Part shown: one piece after another, positions 1 through 9,122 of the stretch
How positions within the stretch are numbered: position 1 is the stretch's first letter
Layout: each line of letters begins with the position of its first letter
Source of the DNA: Anaerolineales bacterium
GTDB taxonomy: Bacteria; Chloroflexota; Anaerolineae; Anaerolineales; E44-bin32
DNA: 64,000 bases
Assembly: GCA_035281845.1 (NCBI GenBank)
Contig: DATEVL010000155.1
Location: 739 to 64,738 of the forward strand
Direction of reading: 5' to 3'
Program-made: the position numbers and the translations under genes
Notes under the pieces: generated by a model
The model's database searches: none
What the model was told of the DNA's origin: nothing
What the model saw: only the letters and a program-made list of their open reading frames with translations

Positions 1-2235
1 GACGCGCTCGACTATCACCGCCGGGGTCGGCCGGGCAAGATTGCCGTCGTCCCGACCAAGCCGTTGGCCACCCAGCGCGACCTGTCGCTGGCCTACACGC
101 CGGGTGTCGCCGAGCCGGTTCTCGAGATCGAGCGCCTGCCGGACGCGGCCTATGAGTACACCGCCAAAGGCAACTTGGTCGCGGTGGTCACCAACGGCAC
201 CGCCATTCTCGGCTTGGGGAACCGCGGCGCGTTGGCCTCGAAGCCGGTCATGGAGGGCAAGGGCGTCTTGTTCAAGGCCTTCGCCGATGTCGACGTCTTC
301 GACATCGAAGTCGACGCCGCCGATCCGGAGCGCCTGATCGAGGTCGTGGCCGCCCTGGCCCCGACCTTCGGAGGCATCAATCTGGAAGACATCAAGGCGC
401 CGGAGTGCTTCGTCGTCGAAGAGCGGCTGAAGGCCAGGCTCGACATCCCCGTCTTCCATGACGATCAGCACGGGACCGCCATCATCTCCGGCGCGGCCTT
501 GCTCAACGGCCTCGAACTGGTCGGCAAGGCGATCGACTCGATCCGCGTCGTCGTCTCCGGCGCGGGGGCGTCGGCGATCTCCTGCAGCGAGCTGGCGGTA
601 CGCCTCGGCGTCCGGCGCGAGCACATCTTGCTGGTCGATACGCGCGGCGTCGTCTATGAAGGCCGGGGCGAAGGGATGAACGAGTACAAAGCCCGCTTCG
701 CCGCCCGCACCAAGGCGCGCACGCTGGCCGACGCCGTGCGCGATGCCGACGTCTTCTACGGGTTGTCGGCGGCCGACCTGCTCACAGCGGAAATGGTCAA
801 GACGATGGCCAAACGCCCCTTGATCTTCGCCATGGCCAACCCCGATCCGGAGATCCGCTATGAGGTGGCCAAGGGCGTTCGCCCCGACGCCATCGTGGCT
901 ACCGGTCGAAGCGACTATCCCAACCAGATCAACAACGTGCTTGGATTCCCGTTCATCTTTCGCGGCGCCCTCGACGTACGGGCCCGCGCCATCAACGAGG
1001 AGATGAAGGTGGCGGCGGCGCAGGCACTCGCTCGCCTCGCCAAGCAAGACGTCCCGGATAGCGTCCTTCACGCGTACGACCTGGAGAGCCTGCGTTTCGG
1101 CCCGGAGTACATCCTTCCCAAGCCGTTCGACCCTCGCGTCCTGTTGTGGGAATCGCCGGCGGTGGCACAGGCGGCGATGGAAACCGGCGTCGCCCGGATC
1201 AGCATCGACCTGGACGAATACCGACACCAGCTCTCCCTGCGCCAGGGGAAGGGCATGCGGGTGCGCCAGTTCATTGTTAACAAGGCGCGACAGGCGCCGA
1301 AGCGGGTGGTCTTTGGCGAGGGCGAGGAAACCAAGATCCTCCGGGCGGCGGCGCGTGTGGCCGAAGAAGGAATCGCCACGCCGATCCTGTTGGGCCGCCC
1401 GGCCGTCATCGCCGAACGGTTGGCCGACCTTGGCCTGGAGGCCGAGCTGACCATCATCGACCCGGCGGACTACGAGCGGAGCCAGGCGTACGCCGACGCG
1501 TACTTCCGCTTGCGCTCTCGCCGCGGGATGACGCCCTCCCTGGCTCTCTCGCGCGTCCGCCAGCGAAACGTCTTCGGACCGATGATGGTGGCGATGGGCG
1601 AGGCCGACGCCTTCGTGTCCGGCCTGACCTTCGAGTACCCGGAGGTCATCCGCCCGGCGCTCGAGATCTTCCACACGCGCCCAGGCGCCCGGCGTGCGGC
1701 CGGCGCCTACCTGATGATCGTTGACGATCGCGTCTACATTTTCACCGACGCCACCGTCAACATCGAGCCGACGGCCAAGGACCTGGCGGAGATCGCCTCG
1801 CTGGCGGCGGACTTCGCCCGGCAGTTGGAGATCGAGCCGCGCGTGGCGCTGCTCTCCTTTTCCAACTTCGGGAGCACCGAACACCCGCTTTCGCAGAAGG
1901 TCCGCCAGGCGGTCGAAATCCTCAGGGCGCGACGACCGGACCTCATCGTGGACGGGGAGATGCAAGCCGACACGGCCGTCGTCCCGGAGATCGTAGATGA
2001 GCGCTACCCGTTCAGCCGGGTCCGCGACGCGAACGTGCTCGTCTTCCCTTCGCTGGAGGCGGCCAACGTTGCCTACAAGCTCCTGGCTCGATTGGGGCAG
2101 GCCCAGGCGATCGGTCCAATCCTGCTCGGCCTGGGCGCGCCGGTCCACGTGCTCCAGACCGGCGACGATGTGGAAGCCATCGTCCACATGACGGCGGTGG
2201 CAGTGATGGATGCGCAGGGGCGGGGGGCGGGGTAG
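1..2235 (+). CDS. maeB: NADP-dependent malic enzyme, two-domain MaeB type (malic enzyme + phosphate-acetyltransferase-like C-terminal domain); 5' end outside window
   Basis: Frame 1 is open from base 1 (DALDYHRRGRPGKIAVVPTKPLATQRD...), so the start listed at 64 is internal. Malic-enzyme motifs LSLAYTPGVA, VVTNGTAILGLGN, GGINLEDI, FHDDQHGTA, SGAGASA. A C-terminal PTA-like domain of about 330 aa follows. Confidence 0.9.
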   Translation, partial: DALDYHRRGRPGKIAVVPTKPLATQRDLSLAYTPGVAEPVLEIERLPDAAYEYTAKGNLVAVVTNGTAILGLGNRGALASKPVMEGKGVLFKAFADVDVFDIEVDAADPERLIEVVAALAPTFGGINLEDIKAPECFVVEERLKARLDIPVFHDDQHGTAIISGAALLNGLELVGKAIDSIRVVVSGAGASAISCSELAVRLGVRREHILLVDTRGVVYEGRGEGMNEYKARFAARTKARTLADAVRDADVFYGLSAADLLTAEMVKTMAKRPLIFAMANPDPEIRYEVAKGVRPDAIVATGRSDYPNQINNVLGFPFIFRGALDVRARAINEEMKVAAAQALARLAKQDVPDSVLHAYDLESLRFGPEYILPKPFDPRVLLWESPAVAQAAMETGVARISIDLDEYRHQLSLRQGKGMRVRQFIVNKARQAPKRVVFGEGEETKILRAAARVAEEGIATPILLGRPAVIAERLADLGLEAELTIIDPADYERSQAYADAYFRLRSRRGMTPSLALSRVRQRNVFGPMMVAMGEADAFVSGLTFEYPEVIRPALEIFHTRPGARRAAGAYLMIVDDRVYIFTDATVNIEPTAKDLAEIASLAADFARQLEIEPRVALLSFSNFGSTEHPLSQKVRQAVEILRARRPDLIVDGEMQADTAVVPEIVDERYPFSRVRDANVLVFPSLEAANVAYKLLARLGQAQAIGPILLGLGAPVHVLQTGDDVEAIVHMTAVAVMDAQGRGAG

Positions 2236-2514
2236 GGGATCGGCGCGACTTGCACCGCGCGAATCACTCGGTCGTTCGTCTCGTTTGTCGCTGGGCGCTC
2301 GATCCCCCATGATAGCGTTTGATGCTGTTCGGCGGGACTACCACGCGCCGGCCACCGAAATGGTACGGTTCTGCTACAAAGCCCGCGTTCGAGCCGAATA
2401 GAGTCGTGGCAGAATCTCAGAATGGTGGCGGAATAGGATCCCAAGTCTAATTGACGTTCGTTGCCTAACAAGTCGCCGGGCGCGACACCGCCAGCATGAC
2501 GGAAGGTCATCGAG

Positions 2515-3975
2515 TTGCCCCCGGGAGGAAGTGAGACGATGGAAGACTCCCCCACTTCCAGGAACCGTATCGTCGTCGGACTGAGCCTGTTCTTCATCCT
2601 TGCAACCGCTTCATGTAGCGGTAAGACGGGCGACACGAACCCCCCGGATGCGCCCATCCAGCTTCCTCCACCTAGGACGGCGACTCCTCCCTCTCTCCCG
2701 TCGGGCACCAAGGAGGTGCTCGATTCCCATGTGGATGGAACACAGGCAGCTCCCGGCTCGCCCGCCTCCCCCTCAAGGTCCACCACCCCGAGTCCGACGC
2801 AGGGCGCCCCTGGTGTCGCTTTGCCCACGCCTATCAGCACCCCGGCCTCTGATTACCTGATCGCCGCTTGCGTCTATCAAGGCGGATCCGAGGAGATCGA
2901 TCTTGTGAGCCTGGACGGACTCATCCAGACGCGCCTCGTAAGCAACTCTGGTGACGACAATTGCAATCCCGCTTGGTCTTCGGACGGCCTTCGGATTGCC
3001 TTCACTTCGAGGCAACAGGCCGCCCAGTACGTCGAGACTTCGATATGGATGGTCAACGTCGACGGCACTGGGCTGACGAATATCTCCACGACCTTCTCCA
3101 TCAAGAATCCGTGGGACTACCCGAGATGGTCTCCGGATGGACAATCCTTCGCCATCGTATCAGAGCGCGGAGAAAACCGAGACATCATCGTCAACCGAGT
3201 CGATGGAACCGAGCGGCGCCCGATCACGGATCATCCCGGCCTCGACGAGAATCCATTCTGGGCGCCTGACGGGGAGGAGATCTACTACGTCTCGGATCAG
3301 GAAGGGACATTGGCAATCTACGCCGTTGGCGCCCTTGGCGGCGAGAGCAGGAAACTTGCCGATTTCGAAGCGATGCCTGGACTCGCGATTTGGTCGCCGG
3401 ACGGGAAGAAGATTGCGACGGCTTTTGGGGAGGCTGGGCTTTCTATTACGGACCTTGTCATCGGGGACACGATTCACGTGGATCTGGCAGAAACGATGGG
3501 CTGGGGCGCCAAGTACAACATCGAACTTCGTTGGTCGCCCGACGGGAGTCGCCTGGCGCTGATCTCTTATGTCGAACACCCTCCCACGCTGTATGTCGTC
3601 GGAGCCGACGGCAAAGGCCTGCGGTCGCTCAGCGATCTTTCCTTCGCCGAATCCATTCCCTCGCCCTCATGGTCCCCGGATGGCAGTCAGATCATCTACA
3701 CAGATTACGACCCTGCCTGCGATCCCTACGGAGAGTGCAATTTCGATATCTATGCCGTTGCGGTGGACAACGGGCAAGTTCGGCGCCTGACGCAACAGAG
3801 TTCAGATGAATGGCTGTCGCTCTTCTCTCCGGACGGCCGCTACATCTTGTTCGCTTCCGACCCGGGGCGAAGTGGCGAAAACGAAGGTCTATACGTGATG
3901 AACCGGGATGGCACGGGTCAGCGCCAGTTGCTGCGCGGTGTGATCTTGGGCGCGAGCTGGAGACCTTTGCCTTAG
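2515..3975 (+). CDS. PD40/WD40-like beta-propeller repeat lipoprotein (TolB-like fold)
   Basis: Signal peptide with lipobox (LFFILATASCSG). Seven W/F-S/A-P/S-DG repeats: WSSDGLRIAF, WSPDGQSFAI, WAPDGEEIYY, WSPDGKKIAT, WSPDGSRLAL, WSPDGSQIIY, FSPDGRYILF. The start could instead be the ATG at 2539. Confidence 0.75.
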   Translation: MPPGGSETMEDSPTSRNRIVVGLSLFFILATASCSGKTGDTNPPDAPIQLPPPRTATPPSLPSGTKEVLDSHVDGTQAAPGSPASPSRSTTPSPTQGAPGVALPTPISTPASDYLIAACVYQGGSEEIDLVSLDGLIQTRLVSNSGDDNCNPAWSSDGLRIAFTSRQQAAQYVETSIWMVNVDGTGLTNISTTFSIKNPWDYPRWSPDGQSFAIVSERGENRDIIVNRVDGTERRPITDHPGLDENPFWAPDGEEIYYVSDQEGTLAIYAVGALGGESRKLADFEAMPGLAIWSPDGKKIATAFGEAGLSITDLVIGDTIHVDLAETMGWGAKYNIELRWSPDGSRLALISYVEHPPTLYVVGADGKGLRSLSDLSFAESIPSPSWSPDGSQIIYTDYDPACDPYGECNFDIYAVAVDNGQVRRLTQQSSDEWLSLFSPDGRYILFASDPGRSGENEGLYVMNRDGTGQRQLLRGVILGASWRPLP

Positions 3976-4052
3976 TTTCGGCGGAAGTTAAAGGGGAAGA
4001 CAAACCCCTGGAGAGAACCCTTGTTTGACTCCTCGGCTCCACCTCCGTCCCG

Positions 4053-5984
4053 GTGGATGCGAAAGCCTTGTTTCAGCCCAAGGACAGGAGCAGGCCCTTG
4101 GACCATCTGCCGAGACTCCCACGGATAGTCTGGTTCGCTGTCTTGGCGCTTGCCACCGCGTGCACACCGGTGGGGAGGAATCCGCCAAGCCAGGCCTATC
4201 CGGCCGCGCCATCCCTCCGCCCCATCACGACATCCACGACTGCCCCCACCGCGCCGCCGGCCGCCGTACCTGAGGTCCACATGGCAGGCGAGCCACCCGT
4301 CTGGCTAAGCGATCCGGCAGTGAATGTCCTGACGGTGGCGATCGGCCAAGAGCCCTTGTGCCGTGCCGAGCAAGACATCCAAGTTTCGTTCGTGAACGCC
4401 GAAACCGGCGAACGCTTCGATCTTGATGCCTCACCGGCCCGGGCAATGCTGTGGCTCGACGCCAATGGACTCGGATTGCTTTCGTTGGACGGGGAGTCTA
4501 TCCTGTCGATCGACTTCTCCGACGGGTCCGTCGCGGCGAGCTCCTTCGATTCGGAAGGTATCCGCCTTCTCAAAGGCACTGAGCGAATCCTTCCCCACGA
4601 GCTGGGGTGCACCATGACCCCCTTAAGCCTCCTGCCGAGCCCCTCCTCTCAGGACGACAGGATCGCATTGGTGAGCCCCCGCCAGAGCTACTCAGCCGAT
4701 CTGTCGCTGTTTGCAGGCGTGGGCGAGACTGCGTTCGACGCCGTCGAAGTCCATCAGGTTGGAACAGGCGAACTTGTCTGGAGCGCCGACCCGGAAGACG
4801 AATACGACGACTCGTTCGAGGCTGAGTTCGCCTGGTCCCCCGCCGAGTCGAGTCATCTGGCCGTGGTCGAGTGTGGGGTGGGCACGTTCGATGCCTGCCA
4901 GCGGCGGCGTCTATACGTCGTGGACGTGGCCCGGGGAGAGCAGCTGGCCTCCTACCCTGGGGAATTCATGAACATCACTTGGTCGCCAGATGGGAGCCGC
5001 ATCCTCTATCAGCACCCGGAATGGGAACAGCAAGGGGCGCCGATGTCTTCCGGCCCGCCCTGCATGCTTGATCTGACGACCAACGAGAATCAATGCTTCC
5101 AGGAAGTTGCCGCCACCCACTTCCCCGACCGCCTGAGCCTGGGGCCGTTGAAGGAGATAGTTGATCTGCAATGGAACCAGCGCGGTGACGGCTTCTTCTA
5201 CACCTACCGTGGCATCCTTTACGACTCCATCGGCCAGGGTACTCCCAGGCCTCCCCTTTCCCTGGCTGGGCTCTGCCACTTCGAGCTCAGCACCCACGAC
5301 ATCGATTGTCTCTCGGGGGAGGCACCCGAGTTGCAGGGGGCCTGGATCGGCCAGCGCGAGTTCTCGGCCGATGAGCGCTTCGCCTACGTGCAAGCGCCGG
5401 GGGAAGGCAATGCCCATGGAGTCCTGAACCTGAGAACCCGCGACTTCTCCGCGTTGCCCGTCCCTCCCAGCCTCGACGGCCGGGATGATTTCGACGCAGT
5501 CAGCGTTCTCTGGCGCCCGTCCTCGCCCGAGACCCGCGGGGCAGTGCACACCACACGCCCAACCGAGCAGAATGTGCGGGACATCCCGAGCATCTGGGCT
5601 ATCTATGGCTTGACCGAGGGATTGGACCTTCCCGGACCCGGCACGCGCCGGTTCTCGGTCGATGTGAATCGGAACGACTCCTTCATCTGGCCGTTCTACT
5701 GGTGCGCGTCCGACGAAGAGACATTGACCGGTAACCTCCGCTCGATCACAGTCGACTTCCTGATCGATGACCTCTCTGCTCCCCCAATCAACATCCTCGA
5801 GTTTGACCAGTTTTCTAGGGAATGGGACTGCCATTTCTGGGCGACGATGCTCAGCGGCTGGGAGCATGGCACTGAGATCTCGCTGGTCATCCGCTACACC
5901 TTCCGCGAGGATGTTCACGATGGTGTTCAGGAATACCCGGCGGGGGACTACTCGTTCGAGTTGAACGTGAAGGTCGGCAGGTAG
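4053..5984 (+). CDS. hypothetical membrane-anchored/lipoprotein with one or two PD40-like motifs
   Basis: GTG start. Hydrophobic N-terminus with lipobox-like VLALATAC. WSPDGSRILY and WSPAESSHLAV motifs mid-protein. I do not recognise the C-terminal 200 aa. Coding-like composition across 643 codons. Confidence 0.6.
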   Translation: MDAKALFQPKDRSRPLDHLPRLPRIVWFAVLALATACTPVGRNPPSQAYPAAPSLRPITTSTTAPTAPPAAVPEVHMAGEPPVWLSDPAVNVLTVAIGQEPLCRAEQDIQVSFVNAETGERFDLDASPARAMLWLDANGLGLLSLDGESILSIDFSDGSVAASSFDSEGIRLLKGTERILPHELGCTMTPLSLLPSPSSQDDRIALVSPRQSYSADLSLFAGVGETAFDAVEVHQVGTGELVWSADPEDEYDDSFEAEFAWSPAESSHLAVVECGVGTFDACQRRRLYVVDVARGEQLASYPGEFMNITWSPDGSRILYQHPEWEQQGAPMSSGPPCMLDLTTNENQCFQEVAATHFPDRLSLGPLKEIVDLQWNQRGDGFFYTYRGILYDSIGQGTPRPPLSLAGLCHFELSTHDIDCLSGEAPELQGAWIGQREFSADERFAYVQAPGEGNAHGVLNLRTRDFSALPVPPSLDGRDDFDAVSVLWRPSSPETRGAVHTTRPTEQNVRDIPSIWAIYGLTEGLDLPGPGTRRFSVDVNRNDSFIWPFYWCASDEETLTGNLRSITVDFLIDDLSAPPINILEFDQFSREWDCHFWATMLSGWEHGTEISLVIRYTFREDVHDGVQEYPAGDYSFELNVKVGR

Positions 5985-6181
5985 CGACAGTCAACGACGG
6001 CAGGCCGGGGGATCTCTTTAAGCCTCGGGCGACACAGGAACGGATCTGTCGAGATGGAAGAAGCAAGGCGTTCGACTCGAAAAGGAAGGGCGACCACCTC
6101 GACCGCTGAGCCCGTCCGCCAGTCTGCCGGTTCAGTTGGGAGCCGGGCGACATGGCGGAGACCCACTGAGGAGCGATCCCG

Positions 6182-7528
6182 ATGAGGAAGCTTTCGGTTC
6201 TTGCTCTGGTCCCCATCATCACCCTCGGCGTCACCTTCCAGGTTTCCGCCGACGCATCCCCTCCCCTCTACCCGCCGGGTAGCGCCCTGCTTCCCGCGGG
6301 AGAGACCATGGTCCAGATGGTCGCCGAAGTCGTCGATATCACCATCGAAGTTCCTGGTGAGGGCTCGCCCCAATCGGCCATGGAATATCGCGCGGCGTAC
6401 CAGGCTCGTTTCACTATGCGAAATCAGGGGGCCGCGACAGAGCAAATGGATGTCCGATTCCCTCTGACCGATGCAGATGCCTGGGCAACCATCTGGGACT
6501 TTGAAGCGTTTGTCGACGGTCAGCGGGTTCGCATAAGAAAGAGCGAGGAACCTCTCACACTGGACAGCCAAAACGTGGCCCGCTGGGCGGTATTCCCGGT
6601 CACATTCGAACCGGGCATCGACGTTGAGATCACTGTAGCGTATACGACGGACATCTCCGGATGGGGCTGGTGGACCCAACCTCCATCTACGTCTACCGGC
6701 GATTCTGTATTCGACGCCTTCGCCGCGACGGCAAACCCCGATACCGCCACGGTCTACTACATTCTTCAAACGGGGGCCGGGTGGTACGGGGTCATCGAGT
6801 CCGGGCTGATCGTCTTGAGGCTCCCGTACCCGGCAGGCCCGGCGAACGTGTTTGGCCTCGACGCTGGCCTCGCAGAATGGTCCGGATGGACCATGGGCCG
6901 CGGGGACCATCTGATCGGGCCTACCTTCGTGGAGAACGATGCCCGCTGGGAATTCACTGAACTGGAGCCCACCGGCGAAGACAACCTCCAGATTCAGTTT
7001 CTATGGCCGGATGAATGGCAACGAATCCTCGATCTGCAAGCCAAGGCCGATCGAGACCCTGCTGACCCAGGCATTGCCCTTGACCTCGCCGGGGCATACC
7101 TGGCTGCCGGAGCAAATATCAGGTCGGGCTACGCCTCTGAGTATCACTGCTCCCTGAGCCAGCAGGCGATCCAGCGGGCCCTCGTCTACGATCCCTCGTC
7201 GAGTGAGTTGCTGAGTGGCCTTGAGTTCATCGCGGGTTATTGTCCAGAGTTGTCTGCTCCGCTGGGACAGCCCACACCGACCTGGTCCCTGGTGGAGCCC
7301 AGCGTCTCCCCCCTGCCACCCACGCTGACCTCATCCTCTGCATCGACCGCGGTTCCGACGGTTGACATGACTCAGACCGACGAGGCCAAGCTGCCGACCG
7401 CGACCATGGCCGCGCCGAGCAGGGGAGGGAGTCCCTCGGCTGGGGTTCAGGCGCTCGTCGGAATCGGGTTAGGCGTTGTCATCGCTCTGATCCTCGTCGG
7501 CGTCCGGCGCAGGAGAACGACTCGTTGA
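6182..7528 (+). CDS. hypothetical secreted protein with C-terminal transmembrane anchor
   Basis: GAGGAG Shine-Dalgarno (SD) sequence upstream. Signal peptide MRKLSVLALVPIITLGVTFQVSA. Ser/Thr/Pro-rich linker, then TM helix ALVGIGLGVVIALILVGV followed by RRRRTTR. No catalytic motif recognised. Confidence 0.6.
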   Translation: MRKLSVLALVPIITLGVTFQVSADASPPLYPPGSALLPAGETMVQMVAEVVDITIEVPGEGSPQSAMEYRAAYQARFTMRNQGAATEQMDVRFPLTDADAWATIWDFEAFVDGQRVRIRKSEEPLTLDSQNVARWAVFPVTFEPGIDVEITVAYTTDISGWGWWTQPPSTSTGDSVFDAFAATANPDTATVYYILQTGAGWYGVIESGLIVLRLPYPAGPANVFGLDAGLAEWSGWTMGRGDHLIGPTFVENDARWEFTELEPTGEDNLQIQFLWPDEWQRILDLQAKADRDPADPGIALDLAGAYLAAGANIRSGYASEYHCSLSQQAIQRALVYDPSSSELLSGLEFIAGYCPELSAPLGQPTPTWSLVEPSVSPLPPTLTSSSASTAVPTVDMTQTDEAKLPTATMAAPSRGGSPSAGVQALVGIGLGVVIALILVGVRRRRTTR

Positions 7529-7832
7529 CGGTGCGGATTCCTCGCCGCCGAACCAGACCTTCGTGCAGCCGGCCGACCGCTAACGCCGTCCCGATAAACC
7601 GCCGAGAGGGGGCCTATCGGATGAGTTCCCGTCGCGGCTAGGCAGGTTAGATAGCTGTCCGAATCGACCGCTCGCCAGCGCCCTCCCGGCGTCTGACCTC
7701 TCGATGAAGTCATAGACGATCAGGAACGGGCCCAGCCCAACCTCCAACAGCGCTTAGGCGAAGAGACCGGCCGATGGCGGCCAACCGTCGCCGGCGCGCT
7801 TGCCTTTTCGGGCGGGGCTGGCGCCTCCCTAC

Positions 7833-7861
7833 TTGAAGCGTTCCGCCGCCTGCGATAGAAT
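7833..7861 (+). promoter_or_regulatory. sigma-70-type promoter for tRNA-Arg
   Basis: TTGAAG (7833-7838), 17-nt spacer, TAGAAT (7856-7861). The tRNA 5' end lies 10 nt downstream. Confidence 0.6.
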
Positions 7862-7870
7862 CACTTCCAC

Positions 7871-7942
7871 GCCCCTGTAGCTCAGTGGATAGAGCGTTGC
7901 CCTCCGGAGGCAAATGCCGGCGTTCGAGTCGCCGCAGGGGCG
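7871..7942 (+). tRNA. tRNA-Arg (anticodon CCG)
   Basis: Hand-folded cloverleaf. Acceptor GCCCCTG/CAGGGGC, D stem GCTC/GAGC, anticodon stem TTGCC/GGCAA with loop CTCCGGA (anticodon CCG). 4-nt variable loop, T stem CGGCG/CGCCG, T loop TTCGAGT, discriminator G. CCA is not encoded (next bases are CCT). Confidence 0.9.
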
Positions 7943-7989
7943 CCTTGTGAAGCCGCCCCGCAGGTCCACCACAACGGAGGTCGCTCGAT

Positions 7990-8481
7990 TTACGGGAGTT
8001 CCACCCAAGAGACTTGCCGCGTGCCTGTCTCGACGATGGCCAGGCTGCTGACGGACTTCATCCCCATCAGCTCGCCAGGGTTGAGCAAGAGGCAGTCCCC
8101 TTCCCTGCTTTCGAAGCGCTGATGATCGTGGCCAAAGCAGACGAGGTCGTAGAGTCCGGAACGCGCCAGCCCTCGGGCGATCTCCGGGTAGTGATTGGCC
8201 GCCACCCGCATCCCGCCAAGCTCCACCTCGGCCAGTTGCCCGTGAAGCGTGACATTCGCGAATCCGCCAGCGACGCGGCCGATGAGAAAAGTGTCACCGT
8301 CGTTGTTCCCCCAGACGATGTGCACCGGGCTCTCGCCGGCGAGCTCGGCCAGACGCCGAACCATGAACGGCGAGCACAGATCACCGCAATGGACCACCGC
8401 CTCGGCCGAGGCGATCGTCGGACCCGCCGCCTCCAGCTTCCACAGGTTGTCGTGGGAGTCACTGAGGACTGCGATTCTCAT
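7990..8481 (-). CDS. YfcE/MJ0936-family metallophosphoesterase
   Basis: Trimmed to the internal ATG at 8481 (MRIAVLSDSHD), preceded by GGAGGAGCGGAGG. Metallophosphoesterase motifs DSHD, HCGD, GNNDGD, GHDH. The 63-codon upstream extension of the listed ORF has no support. Confidence 0.8.
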   Translation of the reverse strand: MRIAVLSDSHDNLWKLEAAGPTIASAEAVVHCGDLCSPFMVRRLAELAGESPVHIVWGNNDGDTFLIGRVAGGFANVTLHGQLAEVELGGMRVAANHYPEIARGLARSGLYDLVCFGHDHQRFESREGDCLLLNPGELMGMKSVSSLAIVETGTRQVSWVELP

Positions 8482-8606
8482 CTTCGACCTCCGCTCCTCC
8501 CGGCCGGCGCCGCCGTGCCTTTGGGCCCCGCCGGCTGCCGAACGGCAGGCTGCCTCTGGGGCCCAGATACACCAGCCAGTGTGTGGCAGCTCGGAGAATA
8601 GTCTCC

Positions 8607-8996
8607 ATGCGAACTTTGCTTGCCGCTGCGATCCTGGCTTTGCCAGTTCTGCTGGCGGCTTGCGGACCACGGGCCGTCGATTGGACTGTGGTCATGCGTG
8701 ACTACCAGTTCGATCCTTTAGTCTTCGAGGTGCAGGCCGGGGCTCAGGTGACCCTGACGGGCGTGAACCGCGGACATCACGATCATTACTGGGCTCTTCT
8801 GGAAAAGGATTACGAATTCACCCTGCCCTTCGACGACGACGATGTCACCCATATCCTGGCGCTGGTGACGGCCGACGTTGGCGGCCAGGACACCATCACC
8901 TTCACCGCGCCTTCCGTGCCAGGGGAATATGTCGTGATCTGCAGCATCCCTGGTCACGCCGAGAAGGGCATGATCGGCTCCCTCATCGTAAAGTGA
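8607..8996 (+). CDS. cupredoxin (plastocyanin/azurin-like blue copper) lipoprotein
   Basis: Trimmed to the ATG at 8607 (MRTLLAAAILALPVLLAACG, lipobox LAAC). C-terminal type-1 copper ligand pattern VICSIPGHAEKGM (Cys-x3-His-x4-Met), plus an upstream His in GVNRGHHDH. Confidence 0.75.
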   Translation: MRTLLAAAILALPVLLAACGPRAVDWTVVMRDYQFDPLVFEVQAGAQVTLTGVNRGHHDHYWALLEKDYEFTLPFDDDDVTHILALVTADVGGQDTITFTAPSVPGEYVVICSIPGHAEKGMIGSLIVK

Positions 8997-9122
8997 TCAG
9001 TGGCCGGTGGTCGGTGGTCAGTATTGTTCGGGAATCGAGCCGAAGGATCTCATTACTGATTACTGATAACTGATGACTGATCACTGATCACTGGTCACTC
9101 ATGACTGCCCACCGACCGCCGA
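8997..9122. repeat. heptanucleotide-tandem hairpin element (copy A); probable bidirectional terminator
   Basis: Fills the whole convergent gap between the cupredoxin stop and the malQ stop. Left arm has 4 heptads: CAGTGGC CGGTGGT CGGTGGT CAGTATT. Right arm has 11 phase-perfect heptads ATTACTG x2, ATAACTG, ATGACTG, ATCACTG x2, GTCACTC, ATGACTG, CCCACCG, ACCGCCG, ACTACTC (9052-9128). The outer arms are complementary. Confidence 0.85.

Noticed and set aside
8592-8609. Third leaderless-type promoter (GAGAAT 7 nt before the cupredoxin ATG)
   Set aside because: The hexamer is weak and the overlapping GGAG could equally be a Shine-Dalgarno sequence at normal spacing. The evidence is ambiguous.
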